64,000 nucleotides of DNA from Macrostomum lignano (Eukaryota), in contig NIVC01000223.1 of assembly GCA_002269645.1 (NCBI GenBank), positions 1-64,000 on the forward strand, given 5' to 3'. Shown in pieces: positions 1 through 12,710 of the stretch. Below the pieces are notes generated by a model that saw nothing but the letters and a program-made list of their open reading frames with translations, searched no databases and had not been told where the DNA came from. The translations under genes and the position numbers were made by a program. How positions within the stretch are numbered: the first letter of the stretch is position 1; each line of letters opens with the position of its first letter.

Positions 1-420
1 CCTATGCCAATTCCTTAAGGTCAAAGGTTGCAATTAGGCTTAGGTGTTACAATCAATTGGCTTTTGCGTGAGTGGACCAATACATGTTAATCATAAATAG
101 GCTATATTGTGTGCGACTGTAAATCAATTTTCATTAAGAGGGTGGAGCGTACGCTGCCATTTTGTCACACTGCTGTTCTAACAATTATTTATTGCCAAAA
201 GAAAAGAGTACCTGATCTCATGGTGCTCATCACACTTCCTGATTCTCACTCCTGACTCTTAATCTCTCACACTTCCTTCTCTTTTATGGGTAGAAACTCA
301 GCCTTCTGGAGGGCATGAGGTTATGACCTCCACTCTAGAGACGACTTCCCGTTTGAATTCGACCCGAGTAAACGCCTTTCCCAAACCGATGTGACTCTCA
401 AAAGGAAAAATCTCGGACCA

Positions 421-1110
421 TAGCACTCTCCTCTCACTCCGTCTCTCGCACTCTGTCACTCTCCTCTCACTCCGTCTCTCGCACTCTGTCACTCTCCTTA
501 TCACTCCGTCTTTTTCACTCTGTCACTCTCCTCTCACTCCATCTCTCGCACTCTGTCACTCTCCCTATCACTCCGTCTCTTTCACTCTGTCACTCTCTCT
601 CACTCCGTCTCTCGCATTCTGTCACTCTCCTCTCACTCCGTCTCTTTCACTCCGTCACTCAGCCTCTCTCACTCCGTCTCTTGCACTCTGTCACTCACCC
701 TCTCTCACTCCGTCTCTCGCACTCTGTCACTCTCCTATCACTCCGTCTCTTTCACTCTGTCACTCTCCTCTCACTCCGTCTCTCGCATTCTGTCACTCTC
801 CTCTCACTCCGTCTCTTTCACTCCGTCACTCAGCCTCTCTCACTCCGTCTCTTGCACTCTGTCACTCACCCTCTCTCACTCCGTCTCTCGCACTCTGTCA
901 CTCTCCCTATCACTCCGTCTCTTTCACTCTGTCACTCTCCTCTCACTCCGTCTCTCGCATTCTGTCACTCTCCTCTCACTCCGTCTCTTTCACTCCGTCA
1001 CTCAGCCTCTCTCACTCCGTCTCTTGCACTCTGTCACTCACCCTCTCTCACTCCGTCTCTCGCACTCTGTCACTAACCCTATCACTCCGTCTCTTGCACT
1101 CTGTCACTCG
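421..1110. repeat. CT-rich minisatellite (~32-36 bp units) with a ~171-bp higher-order repeat
   Basis: Core CACTCTGTCACTCTCCTCTCACTCCGTCTCT; the TTGCACTCTG variant recurs at 681, 852 and 1024. Confidence 0.9.
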
Positions 1111-1914
1111 CAAACTGTCACTCCAACTCTAACACATTGTCATTGTCATCTTATCATTCAACTGAAATTACGCGCTTATTCAGAGCAATCCGGTACCTCT
1201 ATCTCGCAACCCCCTCCCACCCCTCAACTTTCAAAGCACCAACCGACAAGCACATATCGGCCTTATAAACGCAGTTTCAAAAAGGTGCGAAAATCCGTTA
1301 TTATATCTTCACAAAGAGAAAGAAGCAGCTTTAGAAAATTTCAGTCTGCTAACTGAATTAGCACCTCGCCAACCCCTCTGCACTACGCTTGAACTGCGAA
1401 AGTTTCTAAGAAATGGCTCGACAAATTGATGACTATTCCGCAGTGATATAATGCATCGTCTGCCCTTCTGTTGTGAGGCAGGGTGCGGTGTGCAAGGGGG
1501 GGTGTTTAGAAAAGGTGCGAAAAACGTTCTTAAAACCCTTTATTTCATTTGCAGACTTCAAGGTGCCGCAGCTTAAACGAAACCAATTGATAAAATTAAT
1601 AGAAAATACCTTTTAAGCTGTTAGTATATTAGTTATACCTGCTTTGACATTGAAGAGTTGGATCTGATTGACAGTTTATAATTCTCTTCATACCACCTAT
1701 AGCTCAAGATCTGAGCAGCTGGAGCTTTGAGCAACTCCACAATTGGTAAGATTTGCTCTAAATTAAGTGGCTTCCTTTTTAAAAATTCTACTTGGCCTTG
1801 CCAATCTTTTCAGGGACTTCTCCGTGGGAAGTGGGTATGGTATACACTTGGACTGGAAACCCCTTCCTGAAACTGAAATCTCAAACACTTGATGCATCAA
1901 CTGCTCCTACCACT

Positions 1915-2225
1915 CCCTCTCTCACACTCTGTCTCTCCTCTCTCACTCTCCTGTTAGTTCCCCGTCACTCTTCTGTCACTCTTCTGTCGCTCTCGTGTTA
2001 ATCTCCTGTCACTCTCATATCAATCTCCTGTAAATCTCCCCTCACTCTCCTGTCACTCTTGTCACTCTCCCGTCACTCTCCTGTGACTCTCTCCTGTCAC
2101 TCTCCCGTCACTCTCCTGTCACTCTCTCTTGTCACTCTCTTGTCACTCTCCTGTCACTCTCATGTCACTCTCCTGTCACTCTCATGTCCCTCTCCTGTCA
2201 CTCTCCTGTCACTCCTCTCTCTTCA
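1915..2225. repeat. ~11-bp degenerate repeat (TCACTCTCCTG)n
   Basis: Direct reading. Confidence 0.85.
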
Positions 2226-2974
2226 CTCGCTATCTGCTTTAACTTCATAGCTACGCTAGTTATTACCTTAAATTTGACAACTAATCAAAATATACTAAAT
2301 CTCTTATTATTACCTATTACTACCCTAATCAAATGCCTAAGGTTAAAGTTAGACCTTCAAAATAACTTTTCAGCAATTTTGCAGCGTATCTTGCGCGTAA
2401 AATGCCACAGTTAGGACTTGCGTCCCAGTCCATGCACCATTAGAAGTCCTTGTGTACCCTGTTACTGTACAATTTTGAGTCAACAGATGGAGAGTCGCAA
2501 TGGATTGAGTTGAGCAGCAATCTCAGATAGAACTTCTCCTATAATGATTGCGTAATCCCTTCACTCCCCCTCTCCGCTCTTTGCCCAGATCCCCAGAAAA
2601 CCGGCGCGGGAAGTTGGCCGAGAGTGCAGAGCGGCAGTGGGGGGGGGGTTAAAAAGAGTTAAGCTCACTTCCTTCCGCTTTGAGTTTTTTACGTTAAAAA
2701 AAGAAGTGAAATCGCAAGACTTAGTCAAGTCACTGGCCTTCTCAAAGCTTATTATTCATCATCGATCTTTAGGCAAAAAACTATTTTTATCCCCAATAAA
2801 TTCTTCCCATGAGAGGATCATTGTGCGTGAGCATTTCTTTCCTCAAAACTTGAAAATCTGTAGCGTGAATGGCGAAATCAGGAAGTATTATTTTCATTGT
2901 ATTATTCGCTCTCACTGCTCTATTAAGATTCTGGGGCCTCGAAATGGATTAAAATTTACCTTATTTCTCTTCCC

Positions 2975-3300
2975 CTATCTCTCCCTCGCACACTCTTCTC
3001 TCCCTCCCTCTCACCCTACTCTCCCCAACTCACCCTACTCTCCCTCTCACACTACTCTCTCCCTCTCAACCTCCTCTCTCCCTCTCACCCTACTCTCCCT
3101 CTCACCCTACTCTCCCTCTCACACTACTCTCTCCCTCTGACCCTCGTCTCTCCCTCTATCCTTCTCTCACTCTCCCTCTCACTCCTCTCTCTCTCCCTCT
3201 CACTCCTCTCTCTCTCCCTCTCACTCCTCTCTCTCCCTCTCACTCCTCTCTCTCTCCCTCTCACAACCTCCTCACAGCATCACTATCTCATCCTCAGCCT
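2975..3300. repeat. Polypyrimidine CT/CAC low-complexity repeat
   Basis: CTCTCCCTCTCAC-type units. Confidence 0.85.
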
Positions 3301-3899
3301 CTCTCTACCGTCATCAATTACTAAAGAAAACTAGCCAGTCCCAAAACGGTGTCAGTTCGCAAGAGGGAACGTGTCAAAAAGGAAATAATTAATTTTTTCT
3401 TCGAATCCACCTGCATGACCAGCCTATCCGATGCCCGCATGCGTTGGACAACTCCTCATAAGCCTCCGCGCCTCATCTTTTCGAGAACCTTCGAAGCGCG
3501 ATAATCGCTGCTGCTGCTGCTGCTGCTTTTGAGATGGACTGCCGATGGGGGAAATGGGCGACGACTCAGGAAATGCCGCTAGGCTTCTTCTAGGAGAAAG
3601 AGAAGAAGAGAATCCTCTCTTCTTAGTTGTTAAGCTAAGATTTACGGGATGCCAGTGGCCGAGAGAGAGAGAGAGTAGTGTGAGCTGCAGCGGTGTTAAG
3701 AAGGCTTCGCTCATCCCATACGGGCATCCGCTTTACCGGGAAGAGAAAACTGACCCCCCCCCTCCCGAACTCATTCCGAATGCTCTAATTGTTCTCTGAT
3801 GCACTTTCGGTTTCTCATAAATAATTCTGCTATGAGTTTTATAGATTTGATTTTGAAGGCCTAGTGCACCTTCCCGACATGAATGTTCAAACAGCTTCG

Positions 3900-4620
3900 T
3901 CTCGAATTTTCCATAGTCTATGGTGCAGAGACTTAGGGGCATTTGTCACCTTCTCCTGAAATTTAGTCTATGGCTCAACTCTCTACCCATCAGCGCATCG
4001 GAAACGGACTTGACCATAGACATTATCTGCTCAGCTCAAACACGTTTACCTTCACCAGCGCATTTGACAAGCGAAGATGCCCCGCGCAGTGTCGATGAGT
4101 CACCGCTCCCTGCGGTGACGTACACTACGCATGGTTAAGTCTTTTATAGATTTTTTTAGAGAAAGGAGAGTCGGGATCTCACATCCCGACGGTCCAGTGC
4201 TAAGTTGTTGGGTGAGAGGCATACATTATCAAAGTAGAATCAAGCTGGTTTGGCAGACCTCTAAATTGAGTCCAATCGCCTCTCTCTATCGACCTGAAAG
4301 AAAGTTGCGTGAATCGAAGGTCATGGAGGGTTTGATCTCTAGATATTATATCTACAGCGGCAGTATAAAGATGCGATGAGAAGGCTATGGCCGAAAAAAC
4401 ACGAGTTCCTGCTTCACTTTTTTCTTATTAAACAAGAGAAGACCAGAAAGAAGCACGAGGAGCTAACTAGAGGGGAGTGGATGCAGCATACCCTTTCCTA
4501 GAAAGGCTTCCTAACAGCCTCTGGAGCTTTGAGGACAGCATGACCGGTGAAGATGCTTGAGGAGATGGGAGTTCTCTCGATTGCGTAATCCTACTTCAGC
4601 TTTGGGAGCCAAGATCCTCC
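3900..4620 (-). mobile_element. Possible highly decayed non-LTR endonuclease remnant
   Basis: Minus-strand fragments GLRN, SGLLLFNKK and GDWTQFRG..LD loosely follow APE motif order; many stops. Confidence 0.22.
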
Positions 4621-4939
4621 TCTCATGCCTTGCGTGTGTGGCGGTACACGGTGCAGTGAGTACCTTTCATAGATTCCCCAGTCTCTCTCTACCGTCTTAG
4701 CTACCCAAAACACACTTGCTCCACCCCCTCTCTCGCGTCCGCAAGCTTTAGAACGAGAATTAAAAAAGTTTCCCTAACAGAATCTCGACAGCGTGTCTTC
4801 ATCTTTTTTCACTATTTGGCTACAGAATCAAAGTCTGTGAAGAGATGCTTCTTTCTGCTGTTAGATCTGCAGGGTTTTAGTATTCTGCGACAAGCTCATC
4901 CAGAAGCGTTTAGGATCGTTCTTGAGTCTTTCTTGAGTG

Positions 4940-5115
4940 ATTCTAAAAGTGATTCAAGGGGCGATTCTAGGGGTGATTCTAGGAGTGATTCTAGGAGTGA
5001 TTCTAGGGGCGATTCTAGGGGCGATTCTAATAGGCGATTCTTAAGTCAATTTAAGGGGCGACGTAAGGGCAATTCTAGTGGCGATTCCAGGGGCGATTTT
5101 AAGGGCGATTTTGAA
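4940..5115. repeat. 12-bp minisatellite (GATTCTAGGGGC)n
   Basis: Produces the DSRG repeat in ORF 4816-5232. Confidence 0.85.
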
Positions 5116-5751
5116 AGGCGTGACACCTTAGCGGCTTTTTTGTGGCCGCCTAATAAAGGTGCTTTTAGGGGCACTTGTAGAATGCTTCAAGTCTGTTGTT
5201 TGAGTTCAATAAAATGCTCAATTCATCATTAGTCTTGCTGAGTACATGCAACGAGGCACCCGATTGTTCTCACGGGTTTTCGGCCTCTTCAACTTTGCCA
5301 TTACCCTCTCTTGTGCTTGTTTCCCGCTTGAACTGTGAAAAAACTTTCTTTTAGTGATGATACTCTCTTGTTTCATTTTAATTTCTGCTTTAAAAAATCG
5401 CTAGAGCAAAAAAACTATTGATTCACGGATTGTAAACTTGGCCGTATGTTGCGTGAATGTTAAATGAGATCCTTATGGGAAGTGGTGACTCAGTAAACCA
5501 GCTTTTTTAGTGCATTATTCTTTTTTTTATAATCAGAATTGTTGATTTGTTGAAACTGAAGCCAGTAAAAATCTGCTGCTGAACTTCCGCAACTCGGGTT
5601 CGAAGCCTCATAATTAGAATGAGGTTTTTCATGTGGATTTTCAATTGAAACAAAAATATTACTGAAAATGTCACGTTAGCAACAAAGTTAGCATTTTAAT
5701 TAGTGTAGTGCGTATTTCCTGATGAAGGAGCAAACTGGTGACTGTCATGTG

Positions 5752-7725
5752 CATGGCGCCAAATCATTAGTCAGTTGGCGCCAAATCATTAGTCAGTTGG
5801 CGCCAAACCATGACAGTCATTTGGCGCTAAATCATTATTGTTAGTTGGCGCCAAAATCTGACTGTCAGTTGGCGCCGAATCATGAGTGTCAGATGGCGCC
5901 AAAACTGACTGTCAGTTGGCACCAAAACCTGACTGTCAGTTGGCACCAAAACTTGACTGTCAATTGGCACCAAAACATGGCTGTCAGTTGGCACCAAAAC
6001 ATGGCTGTCAGTTGGCACCAAAACCTGACTGTCAGTTGGCACCAAAACCTGGCTGTCAGTTGGCACCAAAACCTGACTGTCAGTTGGCACCAAAACCTGA
6101 CTGTCAGTTGGCACCAAAACCTGACTGTCAGTTGGCACCAAAACCTGACTGTCAGTTGGCACCAAAACTTGACTGTCAGTTGGCACCAAAACCTGACTGT
6201 CAGTTGGCACCAAAACTTGACGGTCAGTTGGCGCCAAAACCTGACTGTCAGTTGGCACCAAAACTTGACGGTCAGTTGGCGCCAAAACCTGACTGTCAGT
6301 TGGCACCAAAACCTGACTGTCAGTTGGCACCAAAACCTGACTGTCAGTTGGCACCAAAACTTGACTGTCAGTTGGCACCAAAACCTGACGGTCAGTTGGC
6401 GCCAAAACTTGACTGTCAGTTGGCACCAAAACTTGACGGTCAGTTGGCACCAAAACTTGACGGTCAGTTGGCGCCAAAACCTGACTGTCAGTTGGCACCA
6501 AAACCTGACTGTCAGTTGGCACCAAAACCTGACTGTCAGTTGGCACCAAAACCTGACTGTCAGTTGGCACCAAAACTTGACTGTCAGTTGGCACCAAAAC
6601 CTGACTGTCAGTTGGCACCAAAACTTGACGGTCAGTTGGCGCCAAAACCTGACTGTCAGTTGGCACCAAAACTTGACGGTCAGTTGGCGCCAAAACCTGA
6701 CTGTCAGTTGGCACCAAAACCTGACTGTCAGTTGGCACCAAAACCTGACTGTCAGTTGGCACCAAAACTTGACTGTCAGTTGGCACCAAAACCTGACGGT
6801 CAGTTGGCGCCAAAACTTGACTGTCAGTTGGCACCAAAACTTGACGGTCAGTTGGCACCAAAACTTGACGGTCAGTTGGCGCCAAAACCTGACTGTCAGT
6901 TGGCACCAAAACCTGACTGTCAGTTGGCACCAAAACCTGACTGTCAGTTGGCACCAAAACTTGACGGTCAGTTGGCACCAAAACTTGACTGTCAGTTGGC
7001 ACCAAAACTTGACGGTCAGTTGGCACCAAAACTTGACTGTCAGTTGGCACCAAAACCTGACTGTCAGTTGGCACCAAAACTTGACGGTCAGTTGGCGCCA
7101 AAACCTGACTGTCAGTTTGCACCAAAACTTGACGGTCAGTTGGCACCAAAACCTGACTGTCAGTTGGCACCAAAACCTGACTGTCAGTTGGCACCAAAAC
7201 CTGACTGTCAGTTGGCGCCAAAACCTGACTGTCAGTTGGCACCAAAACCTGGCTGTCAGTTGGCACCAAAACCTGACTGTCAGTTGGCACCAAAACCTGG
7301 CTGTCAGTTGGCACCAAAACCTGACTGTCAGTTGGCACCAAAACTTGACTGTCAGTTGGCACCAAAACATGGCTGTCAGTTGGCACCAAAACCTGACTGT
7401 CAGTTGGCGCCAAAACCTGACTGTCAGTTGGCACCAAAACATGGCTGTCAGTTGGCACCAAAACCTGACTGTCAGTTGGCACCAAAACCTGGCTTTCAGT
7501 TGGCATCAAAACCTGACTGTCAGTTGGCACCAAAACCTGACTGTCAGTTGGCACCAAAACCTGACTGTCAGTTGGCACCAAAACCTGACTGTCAGTTGGC
7601 ACCAAAACTTGACGGTCAGTTGGCACCAAAACTTGATGGTCAGTTGGCGCCAAAACCTGACTGTCAGTTGGCACCAAAACCTGACTGTCAGTTGGCACCA
7701 AAACTTGACGGTCAGTTGGCGCCAT
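5752..7725. repeat. 24-bp minisatellite (TGGCACCAAAACCTGACTGTCAGT)n, ~80 copies
   Basis: Homogeneous tandem array; source of the 500-650 aa repeat ORFs. Confidence 0.97.
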
Positions 7726-8864
7726 ATTTTAAACTGTGCGCCGAAAATGTTGGAAAGCAAATAACAATAAATTTTGTTTATTTTTCCTGCTATCCAACTT
7801 CAAACAGAGGGCTGTACTCTAAAAAGGAAAGTTAATCCTTTCGAATTCTTTTACGACTCGAATACGAAATTCAAAAAGTCAATAAAATAGCCAAGTTGTT
7901 CTTAAAAATCTCAGCAAACACCTTAATGCGTGAGGAATGACTTTAATGGAGCTTGGAGTGTTTTTTGGTAATCTGATGATAATTGCAGGTCTGTGCGCAC
8001 ACTGACGCAACACCTTAGGTTGACTTTCCAATCTTCAGGCATGTACACTCTGTTGGCAATTCCCTAAGCTGATTCTTCTTGGCGATGCATGGATCAAATC
8101 AAGTTGAAGAAATGATAGAACGGCTTTATTGAGCGCGAAGTCTACGGCTAATAATCTTGTCGCTTTTCTCTTGTCGATAAATCGAAAAGCGAAGCGATCC
8201 CGGATGCACAATTGCTGCCCGTGTCTCAGCATGCCTTGAAGGTCCACTTTTTTATTTGCTATGCTAGTTGTTAATTCTCTTCAGCAGTCGGATCTTCTTC
8301 TTTCGGCTGAAGCTATAAGTCTGCCTGGGAAGCAGCCATGCATCGGCCAACAATCAATATTGAAAGATTTATCCCCACCCCACCCCTACCGAAATGGCCC
8401 GAAGTGATGCCGGTGGAGAAAAAATTGAGGAAAAAATATAGATAGATAGAGAAGGAAATGGGGATGGCTGAGATAGCGTGCCAGGCATTTCTGCTTGCTG
8501 CTTCTAGGGGTGGGGAGAGCGGTTTTGTCGCGTGTCTTTGTATCCCCCCCCCCGAAACAGCATTCGGCTCAAATCCCCATGTTAGAATCCTATTTTACTA
8601 TCATGTAGATGTAGCTAAAGGGTTTTATATAGAACTTTAATGCAAGTTGGTAGCATCTGGACCGGTGTCCCAGGGCACTTAAGGCAGCTCAACATTGCTG
8701 TTATTCATTATTTGTTGATGAAGAGTTTCTAATGCTATACTGGAATTCACTATATCGCAAATGGGATAAGAAAGATACGAAGTAGAAACGGAACAGATGG
8801 AAAAGAATGAGGATAAGAGAAATAGAATGGAGATAGAAACTAAATATTAATGTGTACTTGTAGA

Positions 8865-9850
8865 ACTCAGAGAGATAGAACTGAGAGAGATTGAACCCGG
8901 AGAGAGATATAACCCGGCGAGAGATAGAACCGGGAGAGATAGAACCGGGAGAGACAGAACCGGGAGAGATAGAACCGGGAGAGATAGAACCGGGAGAGAT
9001 AGAACCGGGAGAGATAGAACCGGGAGAGATAGAACCGGAGAGATAGAACCGGGAGAGATAGAACCGGGAGAGATAGAACCGGGAGAGATAGAACCGGGAG
9101 AGATAGAACCGGGAGAGATAGAACCGGGAGAGATAGAACCGGGAGAGATAGAACCGGGAGAGATAGAACCGGGAGAGATAGAACCGGGAGAGATAGAACC
9201 GGGAGAGATAGAACCGGGAGAGATAGAACCGGGAGAGATAGAACCGGGAGAGATAGAACCGGGAGAGATAGAACCGGGAGAGATAGAACCGGGAGAGATA
9301 GAACCGGGAGAGATAGAACCGGGAGAGATATAGAACCGGGAGAGATAGAACCGGGAGAGATATAGAACCGGGAGAGATAGAACCGTAAGAGATGGAACAG
9401 GGAAACATAGAACTCGGAGAGATAGAACAGGGAAACATAGAACTCGGATAGATAGAACAGGGAAACATAGAACTCGGAGAGATAGAACAGGGAAATATAG
9501 AACTCGGATAGATAGAACAGGGAAACATAGAACTCGGATAGATAGAACAGGGAAACATAGAACTCGGAGAGATAGAACAGGGAAACATAGAACTCGGAGA
9601 GATAGAACAGGGAAACATAGAACTCGGAGAGATAGAACAGGGAAACATAGAACTCGGATAGATAGAACAGGGAAACATAGAACTCGGAGAGATAGAACAG
9701 GGAAACATAGAACTCGGAGAGATAGAACAGGGAAACATAGAACTCGGAGAGATAGAACAGGGAAACATAGAACTCGGATAGATAGAACAGGGAAACATAG
9801 AACTCGGATAGATAGAACTGAGAAAGATAGAACCGGGAGAGATAGAACCT
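8865..9850. repeat. 15-bp array (GAGATAGAACCGGGA)n adjoining a 30-bp dimer array (GATAGAACAGGGAAACATAGAACTCGGAGA)n
   Basis: Switch near 9390. Confidence 0.95.
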
Positions 9851-10734
9851 TCTCTGCTCTCAGTTGATATTCGACTTCCTGTCAGAGCAATTTGTGCGGA
9901 AGCTCTAATACTTCCGGGAAAACCAGAAACAGCTCGAATAAATCATAATCCCTTCTAGTGCTCAAAAGCTACTCAAGCCACAAAAAAGCTTGTCCTATCA
10001 CGCAAATGAAATTATAATTCGACGCTTAGAAAAAGCAGATATGACAGCCGGCAAGCTATTGTGCACGGCTCACTGGATCCAATTTCATTCGAGTTTTAGT
10101 TCTGTTCTAAGCTAATACGAAGCTGCCTTTGCGTGACATGTTCTAGATGGGAGACCAAAGCACTTCTGGCACAGTTAGTTTCCCGTCCACGTCAATATCC
10201 GTTAGCTGCACTGATAGTTAACAAAATTAGAAAAATATTGTTCCAGCAATCTTTTTGTGGGTGAATTTCATGCTGCTCACGGATTGCTTTTCTATCTGCT
10301 CCTAGCAGCCAGGGCAGCTGAGCAGGTGCTCAAACACTGCCGGACGAAAATTGCTCCATTTTTCCCCATCGGCGAGGAGCTGATGTTTTCGCACCTTGCT
10401 GTTTGAGCTGCTTTTGCTGCATGTATTTGCTTCTGTCTTTTTCGATTGAGAATCTGTGTTTGAGCGGAAGAGACATCCGTGCTGTTCTTGTGGGTGGTTC
10501 TTCTCGCATCTTCTCCGCTTTCGGCGATGGGTTTTGGACTGAATTCAAAGCATTTCTACTCAATTATATTCCACGGCAAGTTGTTTCAGTGGGTTACTGT
10601 GTTTAGACAGTGTCTCCTACTGTTTCACCGCCTCATCAGCTCTGCTTCTCTGTCCCGTTCTCTGTTGCATCTCTGCGCTCTCCGTCTCAACCCCTCTCTC
10701 TGGCCTTCTCTATGTACTCTCTCCATCTCTCACC

Positions 10735-11060
10735 CTATCAGCCTCTCTCCCTCTCATCCTCGCACCATCTCACCCTCATCCTCACCCTCTCACCATCTCA
10801 CCTTCTCTAAATCTTTCCGTCTCTTTCTCCCTCTCACCTTCTCTCCCTCTCACCTTCTCTCCCTCTCACCTTCTCTCCCTCTCACCTTCTCTCCCTCTCA
10901 TCTTCTCTCCCTCTCACCTTCTCTCCCTCTCACCTTCTCTCCCTCTCACCTTCTCTCCCTCTCACCTTCTCTCCCTCTCCACCTCTTACCCTCTCACCGT
11001 CTCTCCCTCTCTCCCTCTCACGCTCTCTCCACCTCTCCCTCGCTTTCTCTCTCTTTCTCC
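10735..11060. repeat. CT-rich repeat (CTCTCACCTTCTCTCC)n
   Basis: Direct reading. Confidence 0.85.
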
Positions 11061-11405
11061 CCATTTCCTTTTGTCTTCTTATTTCTCATCTGACGTCCAT
11101 ATGGTTCCTTGATCTATCTTTTATTCCACCCAAAGTTCTGTCTTTATGTACATTCTTCCTCAAGCATTTCGCCCATTTGTTATTCTGATTAAACAGCAAT
11201 AATTGTTCTCAACTTTTCTAATCTCCCACATAGGAGTACCATAAATCTCATTAAAATCCAACTTGAAAAGCGTTCCAATGGCGACTAATGAGTTTCGATG
11301 TTCCATAATGCTTCATTCAATGCTTCTATTTAGTAATCTAATAAGTACTTGGGCACCGTCTCGAAATCAATCCTGCTATACGCAATCCCGTCAGTCATTG
11401 CACGT

Positions 11406-12710
11406 TTAGGCTACGGGGCGCCAGGTTAGGCTACGGGGCGCCAGGTTAGGCTACGGGGCGCCAGGTTAGGCTACGGGGCGCCAGGTTAGGCTACGGGGCG
11501 CCAGGTTAGGCTACGGGGCGCCAGGTTAGGCTACGGGGCGCCAGATTAGGCTACGGGGCGCCAGGTTAGGCTACGGGGGCGCCAGTTTAGGCTACGGGGC
11601 GCCAGGTTAGGCTACGGGGGCGCCTGTTTAGTTTATGGGACGCCATTTTAGTCTAAAAAGCGCCAGGTTAGGCTACGGGGCGCCATTTTAGGCTACGGGG
11701 CCCCAGTTTAGGCTACGGGGCGCCAATTTATGCTACGGAGCGCAGTTTAGGTTACGGGGTGCCAGTTTATGTTACGGGGCACCAGTTTTTACTACGGACA
11801 CCAGTTTAGGCTACAGGGCGCCAGTTTAGGCTACGGAGCGCCAGTTTAGGCTACGGGGCGCCAGTTTAGGCTACGGGGCGCCAGTTTAGGCTACGGGACG
11901 CCAGTTTATGCTTCGGGGCGCCAGTTTAGGCTACGGGGCGCCAGTTTAGGCTACGGGGCGCCAGTTTAGGCTACGGGGCGCCAGTTTAGGCTACGGGGCG
12001 CCAGTTTAGACTACGGGGCGCCAGTTTATTCTACGGGGCGCCAGTTTAGACTACGGGGCGCCAGTTTAGGCTACGGGGCGCCAGTTTAGGCTACGGGCGC
12101 CAGTTTAGGCTACGGGCGCCAGTTGAGGCTACGGGGGCGCCAGTTTAGATTACGGGGCGCCAGGTTAGGCTACTTGTTGCCAGTTTAGGCTACGGGGCGC
12201 CAGTTTAGGCTACGGGGCGCCAGGTTAGGCTACGGGGCGCCAGTTTATGCTACGGGGCGCCAGTTTAGGCTACGGGGCGCCAGGTTAGGCTACGGGGCGC
12301 CAGTTTAGGCTACGGGGCGCCAGTTTAGGCTACGGGGCGCCAGTTTAGGCTACGGGGCGCCAGTTTAGGCTACGGGGCGCCAGTTTAGGCTACGGGGCGC
12401 CAGTTTAGGCTACGGGGCGCCAGTTTAGGCTACGGGGCGCCAGTTTAGGCTACGGGCGCCAGTTTAGGCTACGGGGCGCCAGTTTAGGCTACGGGGCGCC
12501 AGTTTAGGCTACGGGGCGCCAGTTTAGGCTACGGGGCGCCAGTTTAGGCTACGGGGCGCCAGTTTAGGCTACGGGGCGCCAGTTTAGGCTACGGGGCGCC
12601 AGTTTAGGCTACAGGGCGCCAGTTTAGGCTACGGGGCGCCAGTTTAGGCTACAGGGCGCCAGTTTAGGCTACGGGGCGCCAGTTTAGGCTACAGGGCGCC
12701 AGTTTAGCTA
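11406..12710. repeat. 20-bp minisatellite (TTTAGGCTACGGGGCGCCAG)n
   Basis: ~65 copies with a degenerate interior block. Confidence 0.97.

Noticed and set aside
5827-7835. Four 500-650 aa ORFs on both strands
   Set aside because: Translations of a 24-bp tandem repeat lacking stop codons; open in several frames at once with no unique domain.
8035-8247. CIRDR peptide resembling the Nextera adapter artefact
   Set aside because: The underlying DNA (TGCATCCGGGATCGC) is not the adapter sequence.
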